64,000 bases of DNA, taken from a virus. Under the pieces are notes generated by a model. The model had not been told where the DNA came from, did no database searches, and worked only from the letters and a program-made list of their open reading frames with translations. Every line of letters begins with the position of its first letter. The first letter of the stretch is position 1. The position numbers and the translations under genes were made by a program. Shown here piece after piece: positions 40,647-50,800 of this stretch. The DNA is taken from IMG/VR virus record IMGVR_UViG_3300020204_000005; one strand, written 5' to 3'.

Positions 40647-41081
40647 ATGAAAACTTTGTTAATAACACTATTACTTTCTATTTCCACATTTGGTTTTACA
40701 CAAACTAATAAAAATAGTACAACACCAAATAATAAGATTGACACAACAAAACTTTGTTTTCCTGTTGAAGTGGGCAGACAGATTTTAATTGATTTAAATG
40801 ATTGTGATAGAACTGAAGAAATTTTAAAATTAACTGAAAAAGAAGTTCTTCAGTTAAATAATAAAATAATCCAAAAAGATAATGTCATTGGGTCCTTGAA
40901 TTTAAAGGATAGTTTATCTTCCGTAGTTATGGTTAAGACTGAGGAAAAATTTAAAATTGTTTATGATGAAAATGAGAAATTAAGAAAAGATATCAAGACA
41001 ATGAAAACAAAACACACAATTATTGAATCCGTTACCGCTTTTTTTGCGGCGACATTAGTTTATATAATAGCATTTAAATAA
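40647..41081 (+). CDS. Signal-peptide coiled-coil protein with C-terminal TM
   Basis: MKTLLITLLLSISTFGF; C-terminal VTAFFAATLVYIIAF. Confidence 0.5.
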   Translation: MKTLLITLLLSISTFGFTQTNKNSTTPNNKIDTTKLCFPVEVGRQILIDLNDCDRTEEILKLTEKEVLQLNNKIIQKDNVIGSLNLKDSLSSVVMVKTEEKFKIVYDENEKLRKDIKTMKTKHTIIESVTAFFAATLVYIIAFK

Positions 41082-41326
41082 TGGCATTAAGCGCGTCAGA
41101 TAAGAGAGAAATTGAAACTTTAATTAAGAAGGAAGTTAAAGATTTTATTGGTAGTAATACAATGAAACAGTATGAAGATAAAATCATAGACATAATGGCT
41201 AAGGAACTTAGAAGAGGTAAATTAGAAACTGAGGCTAAAGAACTTGTAATACGAATATTTACGGAGTTCTATGAGTACATGTGGACCCAAAGAAGTACTT
41301 GGTCACCAAGACTAAGAAGAGCATAA
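41081..41326 (+). CDS. Hypothetical protein
   Basis: Coupled ORF with TAATG at both ends. Confidence 0.55.
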   Translation: MALSASDKREIETLIKKEVKDFIGSNTMKQYEDKIIDIMAKELRRGKLETEAKELVIRIFTEFYEYMWTQRSTWSPRLRRA

Positions 41327-42213
41327 TGATTAACGAAGAAGAATCAAAAATAGGGAAAGCGTTAAGAAACGCTATGGGTAATGAATTTGGTGCCTTATCG
41401 TCACAAATGAGTGGTACCGAGTTTTTAACTTCGGCTAATAGTATGTTAAAAGGAATCCAAGAGGATGACGACATTGAAGAAGAGTGGTCAGAAAAATACA
41501 AGAAAAGTATTGATTGTAACAACCCCAAAGGATTCTCTCAAAAAGCACATTGTCAAGGTAGAAAGAAAAAAAGTGAAAACAAAGAAGCGACTGGGTCAGG
41601 TTCGGCAGGAGGGTTTACCTCACCACTGTTTTCAATTAACAAAAAACAATTAGAGGAGATAGGTAAGGATATATATAATGAAAATTTTGAAGCTCCAAAA
41701 TTAACAATGTTCTCCGATGAAGCACCCAAAAAAATAACTAATAAAAAGAATGATATTATCAAAAAAACTTTTAAGAAAAGTGATGTTGATAAGATTATAA
41801 ACTCTAAAAAATTAAAAACCCCAATAGGAAAGATAAGTTCAATGAAACCTATAATGGGAGAGAATGAAGAACCTACCGAAGAAATTAAAAAGGTTGAAGC
41901 AACTGAAGCCACAGGTTCAGGTTCTGCAGGGTCGTATGTAACTCCTGCGGCTTGGGCTAAGTCAATGAAAAAGAAAGATTGGAGAGGTAAGTCAAAAACA
42001 CAAATACCAGGGGGTAAGTTTGTTCAAGTTAAAAAGAAATGTAAAAAATTCCCATATTGTAATCAAGGTGATATTAAGGCTTTAACATTGACAAATGAGA
42101 ATGAAGACCTACTTGAGGTAATCAAAAACGTTAGTCGTAAACAAGGTATTAATGAAGATATGCTTAAGAATATCATATTTTATGAATACCAAAAATACAA
42201 ATCCAATAAATAA
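41326..42213 (+). CDS. Putative head-internal protein with repeated EATGSGSAG modules
   Basis: ATG 41326; WSEKYKKSIDCNNPKGFSQKAHCQG motif; EATGSGSAG occurs twice. Confidence 0.55.
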   Translation: MINEEESKIGKALRNAMGNEFGALSSQMSGTEFLTSANSMLKGIQEDDDIEEEWSEKYKKSIDCNNPKGFSQKAHCQGRKKKSENKEATGSGSAGGFTSPLFSINKKQLEEIGKDIYNENFEAPKLTMFSDEAPKKITNKKNDIIKKTFKKSDVDKIINSKKLKTPIGKISSMKPIMGENEEPTEEIKKVEATEATGSGSAGSYVTPAAWAKSMKKKDWRGKSKTQIPGGKFVQVKKKCKKFPYCNQGDIKALTLTNENEDLLEVIKNVSRKQGINEDMLKNIIFYEYQKYKSNK

Positions 42214-42237
42214 AGATATTTATTAAATAAAAAAGAA

Positions 42238-43806
42238 ATGAAAAAAGTTAATAATCAATACATCGATAGATTAGTGAAAAAATTCATTAACGAGAATATA
42301 CACGAAAAGGCCGATGATATCATGTCACAAATTAATGAATTAGGTGGTATGGAAGATAACCACCCTAAGTTTGGTAAACTTAATATTGCTAAGATGTCTG
42401 ACAAAGAACTTGAATATTTATTAAAACAACCTATGGATGACATTGAGATTGAAAGAGATGACGAAGAAGAATATGATGAAGAACCATTATATGAGGTTGA
42501 ATTGAGTGAATCAGATGTTTGTGAATGTGGTTCAGGAACTATGGTTTCTGAAGGTATGTGTATGGAATGTGGTTTACCTAAAATGGATGAAGGTATTTAT
42601 GATGTTGCAGAACCATTTGGTGATGAAGAACAATCTTTCGATTATATTGAGGAATATGACGATATTGATTTTGATTTTGAAGAGGATTTTGAGGAAGAAA
42701 AAGATGATGAAACCATGAGAAGTCGTTTCTTTGATAAAGAAGATGAAGAAAATGAATGGGACTCTGAAGAGGAAGAAGAGGAGAATTCCGCATTTTGTAA
42801 ATATCAAAAACAAATGTTTGGACCTAATGATGAAAGATATAGAGAGAAATGTACAGGTAAGTCAGCAAATAGAGACTTGGCTTCTATGAAGATGAATATG
42901 AATGAAAAACTTCATGGTAGACAAAGAAACCTTGATAAAAACCATAATGGTAGAATCGATGCTGAAGACTTTAGAATGTTAAGAAAAGGAAACAAAAGAC
43001 ACATGGATGAAACTGACATGGAAGAAGGTAATGCTTTCACAGGGGCTTTAGATAATGCAAGAGAGGAAGGAAGAAAATCATTCAAAGTCGGTGGTAAAAC
43101 TCTACCTGTTAGAAAAGAATCGGTTAAACTTACTGAGTCAGAAATAGTTAATTTAATTGAAAATATTATATTGGAAAAAGAATCTAAAGGTTTGAAGAAT
43201 TTAGCAAAACCTAAAGGAATGGCCGAATATGAAAGAGCTTATAAAGGTTCGGGTAAAGAAAATAAAGATTATCTTGCATCGGTAACTAAAAAGATGAAAG
43301 ACTATTTAAAAGATGGTTCGGAAGGAGAATATGAAACAAACCCTAAGAATTTCCCTATGAGTAATGGAGACTTGAAAAAAAGTAAAATTAAAGGGTTTAA
43401 CATGAGTGATGAAGGACAAGAGTTTATCGATGATTACCTAAGACCAGGTCAAGAAAACATTAGTTACGATGAAATACACCCAAGTGATGAGTGGATGGAT
43501 GAAATCATTGCGGGGTCTTCTAAAACAGGTAACAGTGATGAGTATGCTAATTCAGTTAAAACTGATGTTAATAAAAAAATACTTAAAAAACAAAAAGCAC
43601 ATAAATTAGATATCTTATCTAAAAAAGCGGCTAATAAATCACCACAACCTATCTTTGCGACAAAAGATAAGAAACCTGGATATTCAGATGGTGATGGTGT
43701 TAGATTGACCACTACCGAAAGTAACAATCCTAAAAAAGAAAAAATATTAAATGAAGAATTTAATAGGATAAGTGAACTTATGAAATATAATCGTAACACT
43801 CAATAA
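42238..43806 (+). CDS. Putative head-internal acidic protein with EF-hand-like loop
   Basis: TATTTAT at 42217; FINE, KLTESEIVNLIENIILE and ILNEE; DKNHNGRIDAEDF. Confidence 0.6.
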   Translation: MKKVNNQYIDRLVKKFINENIHEKADDIMSQINELGGMEDNHPKFGKLNIAKMSDKELEYLLKQPMDDIEIERDDEEEYDEEPLYEVELSESDVCECGSGTMVSEGMCMECGLPKMDEGIYDVAEPFGDEEQSFDYIEEYDDIDFDFEEDFEEEKDDETMRSRFFDKEDEENEWDSEEEEEENSAFCKYQKQMFGPNDERYREKCTGKSANRDLASMKMNMNEKLHGRQRNLDKNHNGRIDAEDFRMLRKGNKRHMDETDMEEGNAFTGALDNAREEGRKSFKVGGKTLPVRKESVKLTESEIVNLIENIILEKESKGLKNLAKPKGMAEYERAYKGSGKENKDYLASVTKKMKDYLKDGSEGEYETNPKNFPMSNGDLKKSKIKGFNMSDEGQEFIDDYLRPGQENISYDEIHPSDEWMDEIIAGSSKTGNSDEYANSVKTDVNKKILKKQKAHKLDILSKKAANKSPQPIFATKDKKPGYSDGDGVRLTTTESNNPKKEKILNEEFNRISELMKYNRNTQ

Positions 43807-43855
43807 TTCACAATTACATATTAGTTATTATATTTTCTCCATAAGAAACAATCTT

Positions 43856-44323
43856 ATGGAGAATTTTTTTAATTACGTAACAAAGCCATTACCCCCTGAA
43901 GACGTTGACATATGGTTCAAGGGTAATAATATAATTCCTGAAAAATTGGAGTTATATTCAGATTTTAGCCATTCTTTAAATCTTTTAATCATTAACACTT
44001 ATTTGGGTGAACAACCTCAGTCAAATGAAACTAAGATTACATTAACTCAGGAAGACAACATAAAACATTTTGAATGGTGTTGGGACAAACAAATCGATAA
44101 TTTTAAAAAAGAAGGTATTTCGTTTGAGAAACGAGGAGAACACTTTGATTATTTCAAATCGTTTTTTGATGAAATATTTTACAATCAAAAAGAAGAAAAG
44201 ATTAGAAAATCTATTGAAGGTTTTTTTAATGATTTATTTGACATGAAAAAACCATTTACAAAATCAGATTTAGATATGGTCTCAACAATTTATAAAATGT
44301 TGGATAAAAACATGACAATATAA
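43856..44323 (+). CDS. Hypothetical protein
   Basis: 155-aa ORF with a plausible start. Confidence 0.55.
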   Translation: MENFFNYVTKPLPPEDVDIWFKGNNIIPEKLELYSDFSHSLNLLIINTYLGEQPQSNETKITLTQEDNIKHFEWCWDKQIDNFKKEGISFEKRGEHFDYFKSFFDEIFYNQKEEKIRKSIEGFFNDLFDMKKPFTKSDLDMVSTIYKMLDKNMTI

Positions 44324-44403
44324 AAAAAACGGTTCTAGTATTTACATTAGAACAAAAAAAATTAACTTTTATAGTAATAAAATATAAACAATTTTTTAAA
44401 AAA

Positions 44404-44586
44404 ATGGAAACTTTAGAAAAAATCAAATCATTGAATGAAGAACTATCGGTAGACGTAACAAAATTTTCAAAAGGTAATAAGAGTGCTGGTACAAGAGCTA
44501 GAAAAGTTGCTCAAGAACTTAAAGGTTTGTTACAAAAGTTGAGAAGTGAAATCTTAGATGGAAGAAAAAAAACTGATAATGAATAA
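44404..44586 (+). CDS. Histone H1-like protein Hc1 family
   Basis: KF.KGNKSAGTRARK...ELK.L...LR matches the Hc1 core (GNKAAGTRARK). Confidence 0.8.
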   Translation: METLEKIKSLNEELSVDVTKFSKGNKSAGTRARKVAQELKGLLQKLRSEILDGRKKTDNE

Positions 44587-44767
44587 TTTAAATACAATAT
44601 TTTTATTCCTTTTTATATTTTCAGTTTTAACCGTTGTTAGAACGGTTTTTAGGTTTGTAAGAGCCCTATCACAAAATCCACCTAAACCCTTGGAGTTTGG
44701 TGATAGGGAGCTTATATTTTTGGGAATTACAGTTTCATACTGTTTAACATATATAATATCCGCATAA
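44579..44767 (+). CDS. Small two-TM membrane protein
   Basis: Two hydrophobic helices; ATG 44579. Confidence 0.55.
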   Translation: MNNLNTIFLFLFIFSVLTVVRTVFRFVRALSQNPPKPLEFGDRELIFLGITVSYCLTYIISA

Positions 44768-44769
44768 CT

Positions 44770-45216
44770 ATGAGTCTATATAAAGAATTTTCTACTTTAT
44801 TCCCATATCTACAATCAGTTAGAAAGATAAAAAATTATCTAACTTTCGATGTAAGTTTTCCTAACACATGGAAATTACCTAAACGATTCGTAGATGAGAG
44901 TAAAGTGGTTGAACAACAATCGCAAATACCAAATGAAAGACTATTTTCATTTGTTTCTCAGATAGAAGAAAAAGACATTGAGACATTGAGTCAAAATATC
45001 CAAAGCATTATAAAACATAATTTGGACAGAGAAGAAAAAGAAAAATTATTCCAAACTAAGGTGGAAGAATTAAAAGGTCTCTTTGAAAAGACTAATTTGA
45101 ATTATCTTAAACAATTAAAATTTGACATTAAAACCACTAAAATTCAATTAGAAGACGATGAAGAAGAAGTCAGAACAACAACTGGATTGGTTAATGAGAG
45201 AGATGGCCAAGGATAA
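44770..45216 (+). CDS. Hypothetical protein
   Basis: Coupled ORF. Confidence 0.55.
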   Translation: MSLYKEFSTLFPYLQSVRKIKNYLTFDVSFPNTWKLPKRFVDESKVVEQQSQIPNERLFSFVSQIEEKDIETLSQNIQSIIKHNLDREEKEKLFQTKVEELKGLFEKTNLNYLKQLKFDIKTTKIQLEDDEEEVRTTTGLVNERDGQG

Positions 45217-45349
45217 AATCGAATTGGAGAAAGAAAAAAACGATTTTATTAAAAAAATAAAAAAAATGAATAAGGAAGAATTGCTTCCTAAAAAACCTGA
45301 AAAATTAAGTTTATGGAGACGGCTAAGGATGATGTTAATGGGTTACTAA
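45158..45349 (+). CDS. Small basic hypothetical protein
   Basis: Track ORF in co-directional cluster; true start uncertain. Confidence 0.4.
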   Translation: MKKKSEQQLDWLMREMAKDKIELEKEKNDFIKKIKKMNKEELLPKKPEKLSLWRRLRMMLMGY

Positions 45350-45564
45350 CCAAGTTTGCGATACTCTCAACATCGTTATCAGAAATATACCCTAATGGAA
45401 AATCTGTTGTAGTTTTTTCATTAAATAAAGAAGACTTTGAATTTACAAAGGCTCAAGTTAGTAACTTCGATAAAAATAATACTCAATTTAAAGTTGAGAT
45501 ATCAGGGATTGAATTTATTTTTTTAAGGGATGAGTTGTTGAATGTCTCTGAAGATAATTCTTAG
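45313..45564 (+). CDS. Hypothetical protein
   Basis: Track ORF. Confidence 0.45.
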   Translation: METAKDDVNGLLTKFAILSTSLSEIYPNGKSVVVFSLNKEDFEFTKAQVSNFDKNNTQFKVEISGIEFIFLRDELLNVSEDNS

Positions 45565-46168
45565 AAAAACCTTTCCTAACTAAAATATCGTATATATATT
45601 TCCTTTGATTAGTTGAATAATCTTTAACTAATAAACAATCAATCCTCCTCTCATTTTTAAATTTTTCTGTTAGCGTATCAATAAACCTATCAGAATCGTC
45701 CAAACTCTTAAACGTGAATAATTTAAAATCATCATCAATTTGCAACACAATTTTATTATTCAACTTGGAAATTAATTTATAACCATCTTTTTTTAGATAG
45801 GTTTTAATAAAAGTATCAGTATTTATTTTCTTACCTGTTGAGTAATCCACAAAATTCTCCTCTATTAAATACGGAGACACTTTTGATATTTTAAAATCAG
45901 AATCATCTAAATCTACTTTAATCTGTCGGCCAAATTCATCCTTAGTAAATAAATGTTCCGAAGGACCTTTTTTACGTTCTAAAAGAGCTATTTCATAAGA
46001 TGATATATAACCGTTTTCATACCCTATAGGAAATAACACATCATCACTCCTTTTCAATAAATCATTATAAAACTCGTTCGCTTTTTTATATGTTTTGAAT
46101 TTATTGATTATTTTCTTTTTTACTTTATTTTTAAAAAGAACTATGATATAGTTTTGTGTGTGTTCCAT
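45515..46168 (-). CDS. Hypothetical protein (late motif upstream)
   Basis: ATAAATA at 46195-46205; ATG 46168 preferred. Confidence 0.55.
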   Translation of the reverse strand: MEHTQNYIIVLFKNKVKKKIINKFKTYKKANEFYNDLLKRSDDVLFPIGYENGYISSYEIALLERKKGPSEHLFTKDEFGRQIKVDLDDSDFKISKVSPYLIEENFVDYSTGKKINTDTFIKTYLKKDGYKLISKLNNKIVLQIDDDFKLFTFKSLDDSDRFIDTLTEKFKNERRIDCLLVKDYSTNQRKYIYDILVRKGFSKNYLQRHSTTHPLKK

Positions 46169-46211
46169 CACATATAACATAATATAATTTGATTATAAAT
46201 AAATATTGTAA

Positions 46212-47147
46212 ATGAATCAGGATAATTTCTATCAGACACTTGGAGTTAATGAAAATGCGACACAAGATGAAATAAAAAAGGCATATCGTAAATTAGCGGT
46301 TGAACATCATCCAGATAAAGGAGGGTCGGAAGAAACTTTTAAAAAAATATCTGAAGCTTATGATACTTTGGGAGACCAAAATAAAAGGACTCAGTATGAT
46401 AACAGTAGACGTAATCCTTTTGGTGGGATGGGAGGTTCATCTTTTGATGATTTATTCGGTACGTTTTACACTAATAGAAAAAGAACCGTTCCTGATAAAA
46501 TTATCGATATTGAAATAGGGACTTTAGAATCATTTAATTCATCAGATAAAGTAATTAACTACCAAAGGAAACACGCTTGTGATAGTTGTAATGGGTCTGG
46601 TGGTGATAAGATTACTTGTGGTACTTGTAATGGTATTGGGTTTACGGTTGTTACGATGGGTACAGGTTTATTTACACAACAATTTAGACAACCTTGCAAC
46701 ACATGTAGAGGTATGGGAGAAGTGTTTAAAACCAAATGTGGAACTTGTCATGGAGAAGGGACTAAATCAGATTTTGAAAGTTTGAAAATAAAATTACCAC
46801 ATGGTGTTGATGATGGACAATTTTTTAAAATGCAAGGTAAGGGAGATTATCACCATGGAATGTATGGTAATTTAGTTATACGAGTTAAAGTTATTCCTGA
46901 AGAAAATTTCGAAAAAGTTGGAAACGATTTAATTTATAATGCGTTCTTAACTTTAAATGATTTAAATGAAATTGGGTTTAATTTACCTCACCCTTCAGGT
47001 GATTTGTTTATTAAGTTACCCGAAGATTTCGACACGTCTAAACCCTTGAGAGTTAAATCCAAAGGATTTAGAGGTCAAAATGGTAATGGTGACCTTTTCA
47101 TTAAATTATTTGTTAAATATAAAAGAGAATTAAATATTAGCAAATAA
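46212..47147 (+). CDS. dnaJ: DnaJ chaperone (J domain with HPD, CxxCxGxG repeats, C-terminal domain)
   Basis: [24 protein letters not shown]; four CxxCxGxG repeats. Confidence 0.92.
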   Translation: MNQDNFYQTLGVNENATQDEIKKAYRKLAVEHHPDKGGSEETFKKISEAYDTLGDQNKRTQYDNSRRNPFGGMGGSSFDDLFGTFYTNRKRTVPDKIIDIEIGTLESFNSSDKVINYQRKHACDSCNGSGGDKITCGTCNGIGFTVVTMGTGLFTQQFRQPCNTCRGMGEVFKTKCGTCHGEGTKSDFESLKIKLPHGVDDGQFFKMQGKGDYHHGMYGNLVIRVKVIPEENFEKVGNDLIYNAFLTLNDLNEIGFNLPHPSGDLFIKLPEDFDTSKPLRVKSKGFRGQNGNGDLFIKLFVKYKRELNISK

Positions 47148-47282
47148 TAATTTAAATAATTGAATGGTACCGTAAATTGATGTGAATAGGATATAAAATG
47201 ATAAAACTACCATTATCCAATGAGTTCCACTCAAACCTTTTTTCTTACATTTTTTACAACCGACTTCGTTTTCCATAGACAT
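47130..47282 (-). CDS. Small membrane protein with CxxC (50 aa), missed by track
   Basis: [50 protein letters not shown]. Confidence 0.6.
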   Translation of the reverse strand: MSMENEVGCKKCKKKGLSGTHWIMVVLSFYILFTSIYGTIQLFKLLFANI

Positions 47283-47375
47283 GTTTTTTTTAAATATACT
47301 CACTATTAAATATAATGTAAAATAAATTACTTGGTGACACTTCCTTTTAAATAAAAAAAATCTTATACTTGAATT

Positions 47376-48218
47376 ATGTTATCTTATATTGGTGGAAAAA
47401 GTAAAATAGGAAAGTGGATAGTCCCTTTCTATGATAAAAATATGGAGACATACCTTGAGACTTTTGGAGGGATGTTTTGGTGTTTTTTCAATATGGATTT
47501 GAAGGGATACCCGAATCTAAATAAAGTTGTCTATAATGACTTTAACCCTCTAAATTACAACCTATTCAAGTGTGTTCAAAACCCACAGGAATTGTTAAGA
47601 GCAATTAACTCAATTGAGTGTCAACAACAAGGTATTGATATTACACCATTACATCTAAAAGAACAATTCATCAGGTTTCAGACTGAAGTTTTTAATGAAG
47701 GTTTCAGCGTAGAACCTGGTGATTATGAAACCGCTGCAAAATATGTTTATATTCTAACACAAGTTTTTAGTGGGTCTAAACCTGAAACATCATCATATAT
47801 AGACCTTAAGGGTAAGTATAAATCAAAATATTTAACATTTAGAGATAAATTATCTAAACCTGATTGGATTGACCACTTCTTAAAAATAACGGATGTTGAG
47901 AATATGGATTTTGTGGATGTGATTAAAAAGTATGATTCTGAATCGACTTATGTTTATTTAGACCCTCCTTATTGGAAAACTGAGAATTATTATTCTAATC
48001 ATGATTTTGATAGAGACGACCATGAAAGAATAGCAAATACTTTAAAAGAGATTAAAGGTAAATTCTCATTATCTTATTATGATTTCCCTTTATTATCCGA
48101 ATGGTTCCCTAAAAATGAATACATATGGGAAACAAAACAATTTGCAAAAGCCGCGGCTGCAAAGAAAGGTGAAAAACAAAATATGGGAGAGGAAATATTA
48201 ATTATGAATTATTTATAA
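47376..48218 (+). CDS. D12-class N6-adenine DNA methyltransferase
   Basis: SYIGGKS, VVYNDFN and VYLDPPY; motif I variant ETFGGMFW. Confidence 0.85.
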   Translation: MLSYIGGKSKIGKWIVPFYDKNMETYLETFGGMFWCFFNMDLKGYPNLNKVVYNDFNPLNYNLFKCVQNPQELLRAINSIECQQQGIDITPLHLKEQFIRFQTEVFNEGFSVEPGDYETAAKYVYILTQVFSGSKPETSSYIDLKGKYKSKYLTFRDKLSKPDWIDHFLKITDVENMDFVDVIKKYDSESTYVYLDPPYWKTENYYSNHDFDRDDHERIANTLKEIKGKFSLSYYDFPLLSEWFPKNEYIWETKQFAKAAAAKKGEKQNMGEEILIMNYL

Positions 48219-48248
48219 AGACTGAATATTTATTATAAAAACCTAGAA

Positions 48249-49634
48249 ATGAAAATTACTTCACTTTTATCTAAACTTATTGTTGAACAAACTAGGTTCC
48301 AAGTAGTTTACGACAAATATACCAAGCCAAATCCTAAAGCATTGGAAAAGAATAAGAAGGCTCAAGGTATTATGGATTTTGACACTTTAAAAAATATTAT
48401 ATTTGCGGACCCAACAACTAAAGCACCTGAAAATTTTAATATTGAAGGAGCATCAGTTAATGATATGGAATCCGTTAAAGTTGGTAAATATGTACAATGG
48501 TTACTCAAAAATTTCGCCAGTCCTAAACAAAATGAATTAGACCTTCCTGAAAATTTACCATTAGATTTTGCAAGTCGTGAGTTTAAAAACGCTATTGCTG
48601 AATATCGAAGATTATATATGGAAGATTTATATAAGACGACTGACGATTTAAAAAAGTTTGAAAGAGCAAAACAATACCTACCTCAAGACCAAAGAGATAT
48701 TAACAAGTTCACACCAAGAACTTTGTTTGACACCATTAAAGATTTCCAAATACCTGAAAAGAAAAGAGCTGAATTAGAGAAAAAAGAAGCAAAAAAATCA
48801 AGAGAAGGATTTAATCATGCTGGTGGAGAGATTTTATTTGAAGGACCTAATTGGACTTTAATTAAAGTTGAAGACCGAGGCCAAGTTGGTAGAGACGCGG
48901 CTATTTGGTATGGAGGTTTCCATGAGTATGACCAAGGAGAATCAAGATGGTGTACGTCATCACCAGGTTTAACATATTTCAATGGATATATTAAAGATGG
49001 ACCATTATATGTAGTTTTCCCAAATGATGATAAAGGTCAAGTTGGTAAAAAAACAGGTTTACCGTTGGAAAGATATCAATTCCATTTCCCATCTAGCCAA
49101 TTTATGGATAGACATGATAGAGGGATTAATTTGGTTGAGTATCTGAATGGACCGATGTCAGAACTTAAAGAATTCTTTAAACCTGAGTTTGCAAAAGGTT
49201 TAGTAACTAAGGGAACTAATAAAGTTGAAATCAACTATCCTGAAAGTTCTGCTGGTAAATTCGTAGCATTATATGGATTTGATGAGTTATTTGAAAGTTT
49301 ACCTGACAATATTGAACACTTATTAATCAATAATAAATCTAAAGAAGACATTGCTTTAGACGTACCTGAATCACTTGGTAGATTTACACAATGTACGGCA
49401 TTACTTTTCCAAAACTTAATTAAGAGTTTACCTGAAAGTATTGGTAAAATGAAAAATCTTAATTTCTTAGCAATACCTGGTAACAAACATTTAGTGAGTT
49501 TACCTGAGTCAATTGCAGATATTGAAGGTTTGGCATTCATTAACTTAAAGGAAAGTAATCCTAACGTAAAAATACCTGAAAGACTACAAGAAAAGTTAAG
49601 TGATGAAGGTAACGGGTTTTATTATGTAGGTTAA
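48249..49634 (+). CDS. Putative packaged protein with RWCT domain and C-terminal leucine-rich repeats
   Basis: TATTTAT at 48227; MKITSLLSKLIVEQ; SRWCTS..GPLY..YQFHF; LPESIGKMKNL and LPESIADI LRRs. Confidence 0.65.
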   Translation: MKITSLLSKLIVEQTRFQVVYDKYTKPNPKALEKNKKAQGIMDFDTLKNIIFADPTTKAPENFNIEGASVNDMESVKVGKYVQWLLKNFASPKQNELDLPENLPLDFASREFKNAIAEYRRLYMEDLYKTTDDLKKFERAKQYLPQDQRDINKFTPRTLFDTIKDFQIPEKKRAELEKKEAKKSREGFNHAGGEILFEGPNWTLIKVEDRGQVGRDAAIWYGGFHEYDQGESRWCTSSPGLTYFNGYIKDGPLYVVFPNDDKGQVGKKTGLPLERYQFHFPSSQFMDRHDRGINLVEYLNGPMSELKEFFKPEFAKGLVTKGTNKVEINYPESSAGKFVALYGFDELFESLPDNIEHLLINNKSKEDIALDVPESLGRFTQCTALLFQNLIKSLPESIGKMKNLNFLAIPGNKHLVSLPESIADIEGLAFINLKESNPNVKIPERLQEKLSDEGNGFYYVG

Positions 49635-49663
49635 TTTTATTATCTTTGTAATAAAGTTAAATT

Positions 49664-49951
49664 ATGAAAAATATTGAAGTTGAATTATATCTTAATCAAT
49701 TTGTAAATTTTTTTGATAAAAATCCTAATGACTTAATTGATTTAATTGGTGACTCATTAAAGGAGGATTTTTATAAAAAGGTTGAAGAAACTTGTTATAA
49801 AAACATTGAGAACGGTGATGAGGTTTCTCTAACTCAAAAACAAATAATTGATATTGTTGTCGAATTAAATAAAGAATCTTTTGAAAAGATTGAATCTAAA
49901 GTTATCGGGGTCTTCCAAAAAACAAAATACGGAACATTTTCTCTAAATTAA
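49664..49951 (+). CDS. Hypothetical protein
   Basis: TATCTTTG at 49641 upstream. Confidence 0.55.
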   Translation: MKNIEVELYLNQFVNFFDKNPNDLIDLIGDSLKEDFYKKVEETCYKNIENGDEVSLTQKQIIDIVVELNKESFEKIESKVIGVFQKTKYGTFSLN

Positions 49952-49982
49952 TTTGTTTTAATGATTTTTTGTTATATCTTTG
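49952..49982 (+). promoter_or_regulatory. Bacteroidota-type sigma70 promoter
   Basis: TTTG (49952) - 19 nt - TATCTTTG (49975), upstream of 50005. Confidence 0.7.
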
Positions 49983-50004
49983 TAGACACAAATAAGATAT
50001 AACT

Positions 50005-50760
50005 ATGATGACATTAGAACAGATTAAACAAAACACCCCTTCAGTATTCGCAACCTCACCTTCTAACAAGATGTCCAATAAGTACGTTTTCGTACCAACT
50101 TTGGATATTCTTGATAATTTTCAAAGAGAAGGGTGGAATGTATCTTCCGCAAAACAAACAGGAAAAGGAATTCACTCAGTCCATGAACTTAGACTTAGAA
50201 ATGGTGAACTACCTAAAGTTGGTGACTCATTAGTTGAAGCAATCATCAGAAACTCTCATAATGGTTATGCAACACTTTCAGTTAGTGCTGGACTACACAG
50301 ATTGGTATGTAGTAATGGATTGACAGTACCAACATCTTTAGCAGAATCATTTAACGTTAAACACCAAAGATTTGATTTGGACGATGTTAAACGATTAACA
50401 GAATCTTTCGCGGGTAAATTACCTATCATACAGGATTCAGTTGGTCGAATGATGGGTAAAGAATTATCTGATAAAGAAAGAATTGATTTTATTAAACAAG
50501 CAATAAATCTTAGATGGAAATCAGGTCACGTACCAACAACTCTTGACGTTATGTCAATCGTTCACCCAAGACGTGAAGAAGACATGGGTAAAGACGTTTG
50601 GACAACGTTCAACGTAATTCAAGAGAACTTCGTAAAAGGAGGTTTGAAATATACTACTGACAAAGGTAGAAAAACTGAACTTAGAGGTTTAAAAAGTATT
50701 ATGGCGGTTAGTCAAGTTAATACTAAACTTTGGGAACTCGCAGATACTTACTCATATTAA
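50005..50760 (+). CDS. DUF932/DUF945 family protein
   Basis: SVFA..PS..S.KYVFVPT, NSHNG...AG..RLVCSNGL and W..FNVIQEN. Confidence 0.8.
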   Translation: MMTLEQIKQNTPSVFATSPSNKMSNKYVFVPTLDILDNFQREGWNVSSAKQTGKGIHSVHELRLRNGELPKVGDSLVEAIIRNSHNGYATLSVSAGLHRLVCSNGLTVPTSLAESFNVKHQRFDLDDVKRLTESFAGKLPIIQDSVGRMMGKELSDKERIDFIKQAINLRWKSGHVPTTLDVMSIVHPRREEDMGKDVWTTFNVIQENFVKGGLKYTTDKGRKTELRGLKSIMAVSQVNTKLWELADTYSY

Positions 50761-50766
50761 AATAAC

Positions 50767-50790
50767 GGGGGAATCATTTTCCCCCTATTT
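50767..50790 (+). terminator. Intrinsic terminator
   Basis: GGGGGAA-TCATT-TTCCCCC-TATTT. Confidence 0.65.
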
Positions 50791-50800
50791 CACATTATTT

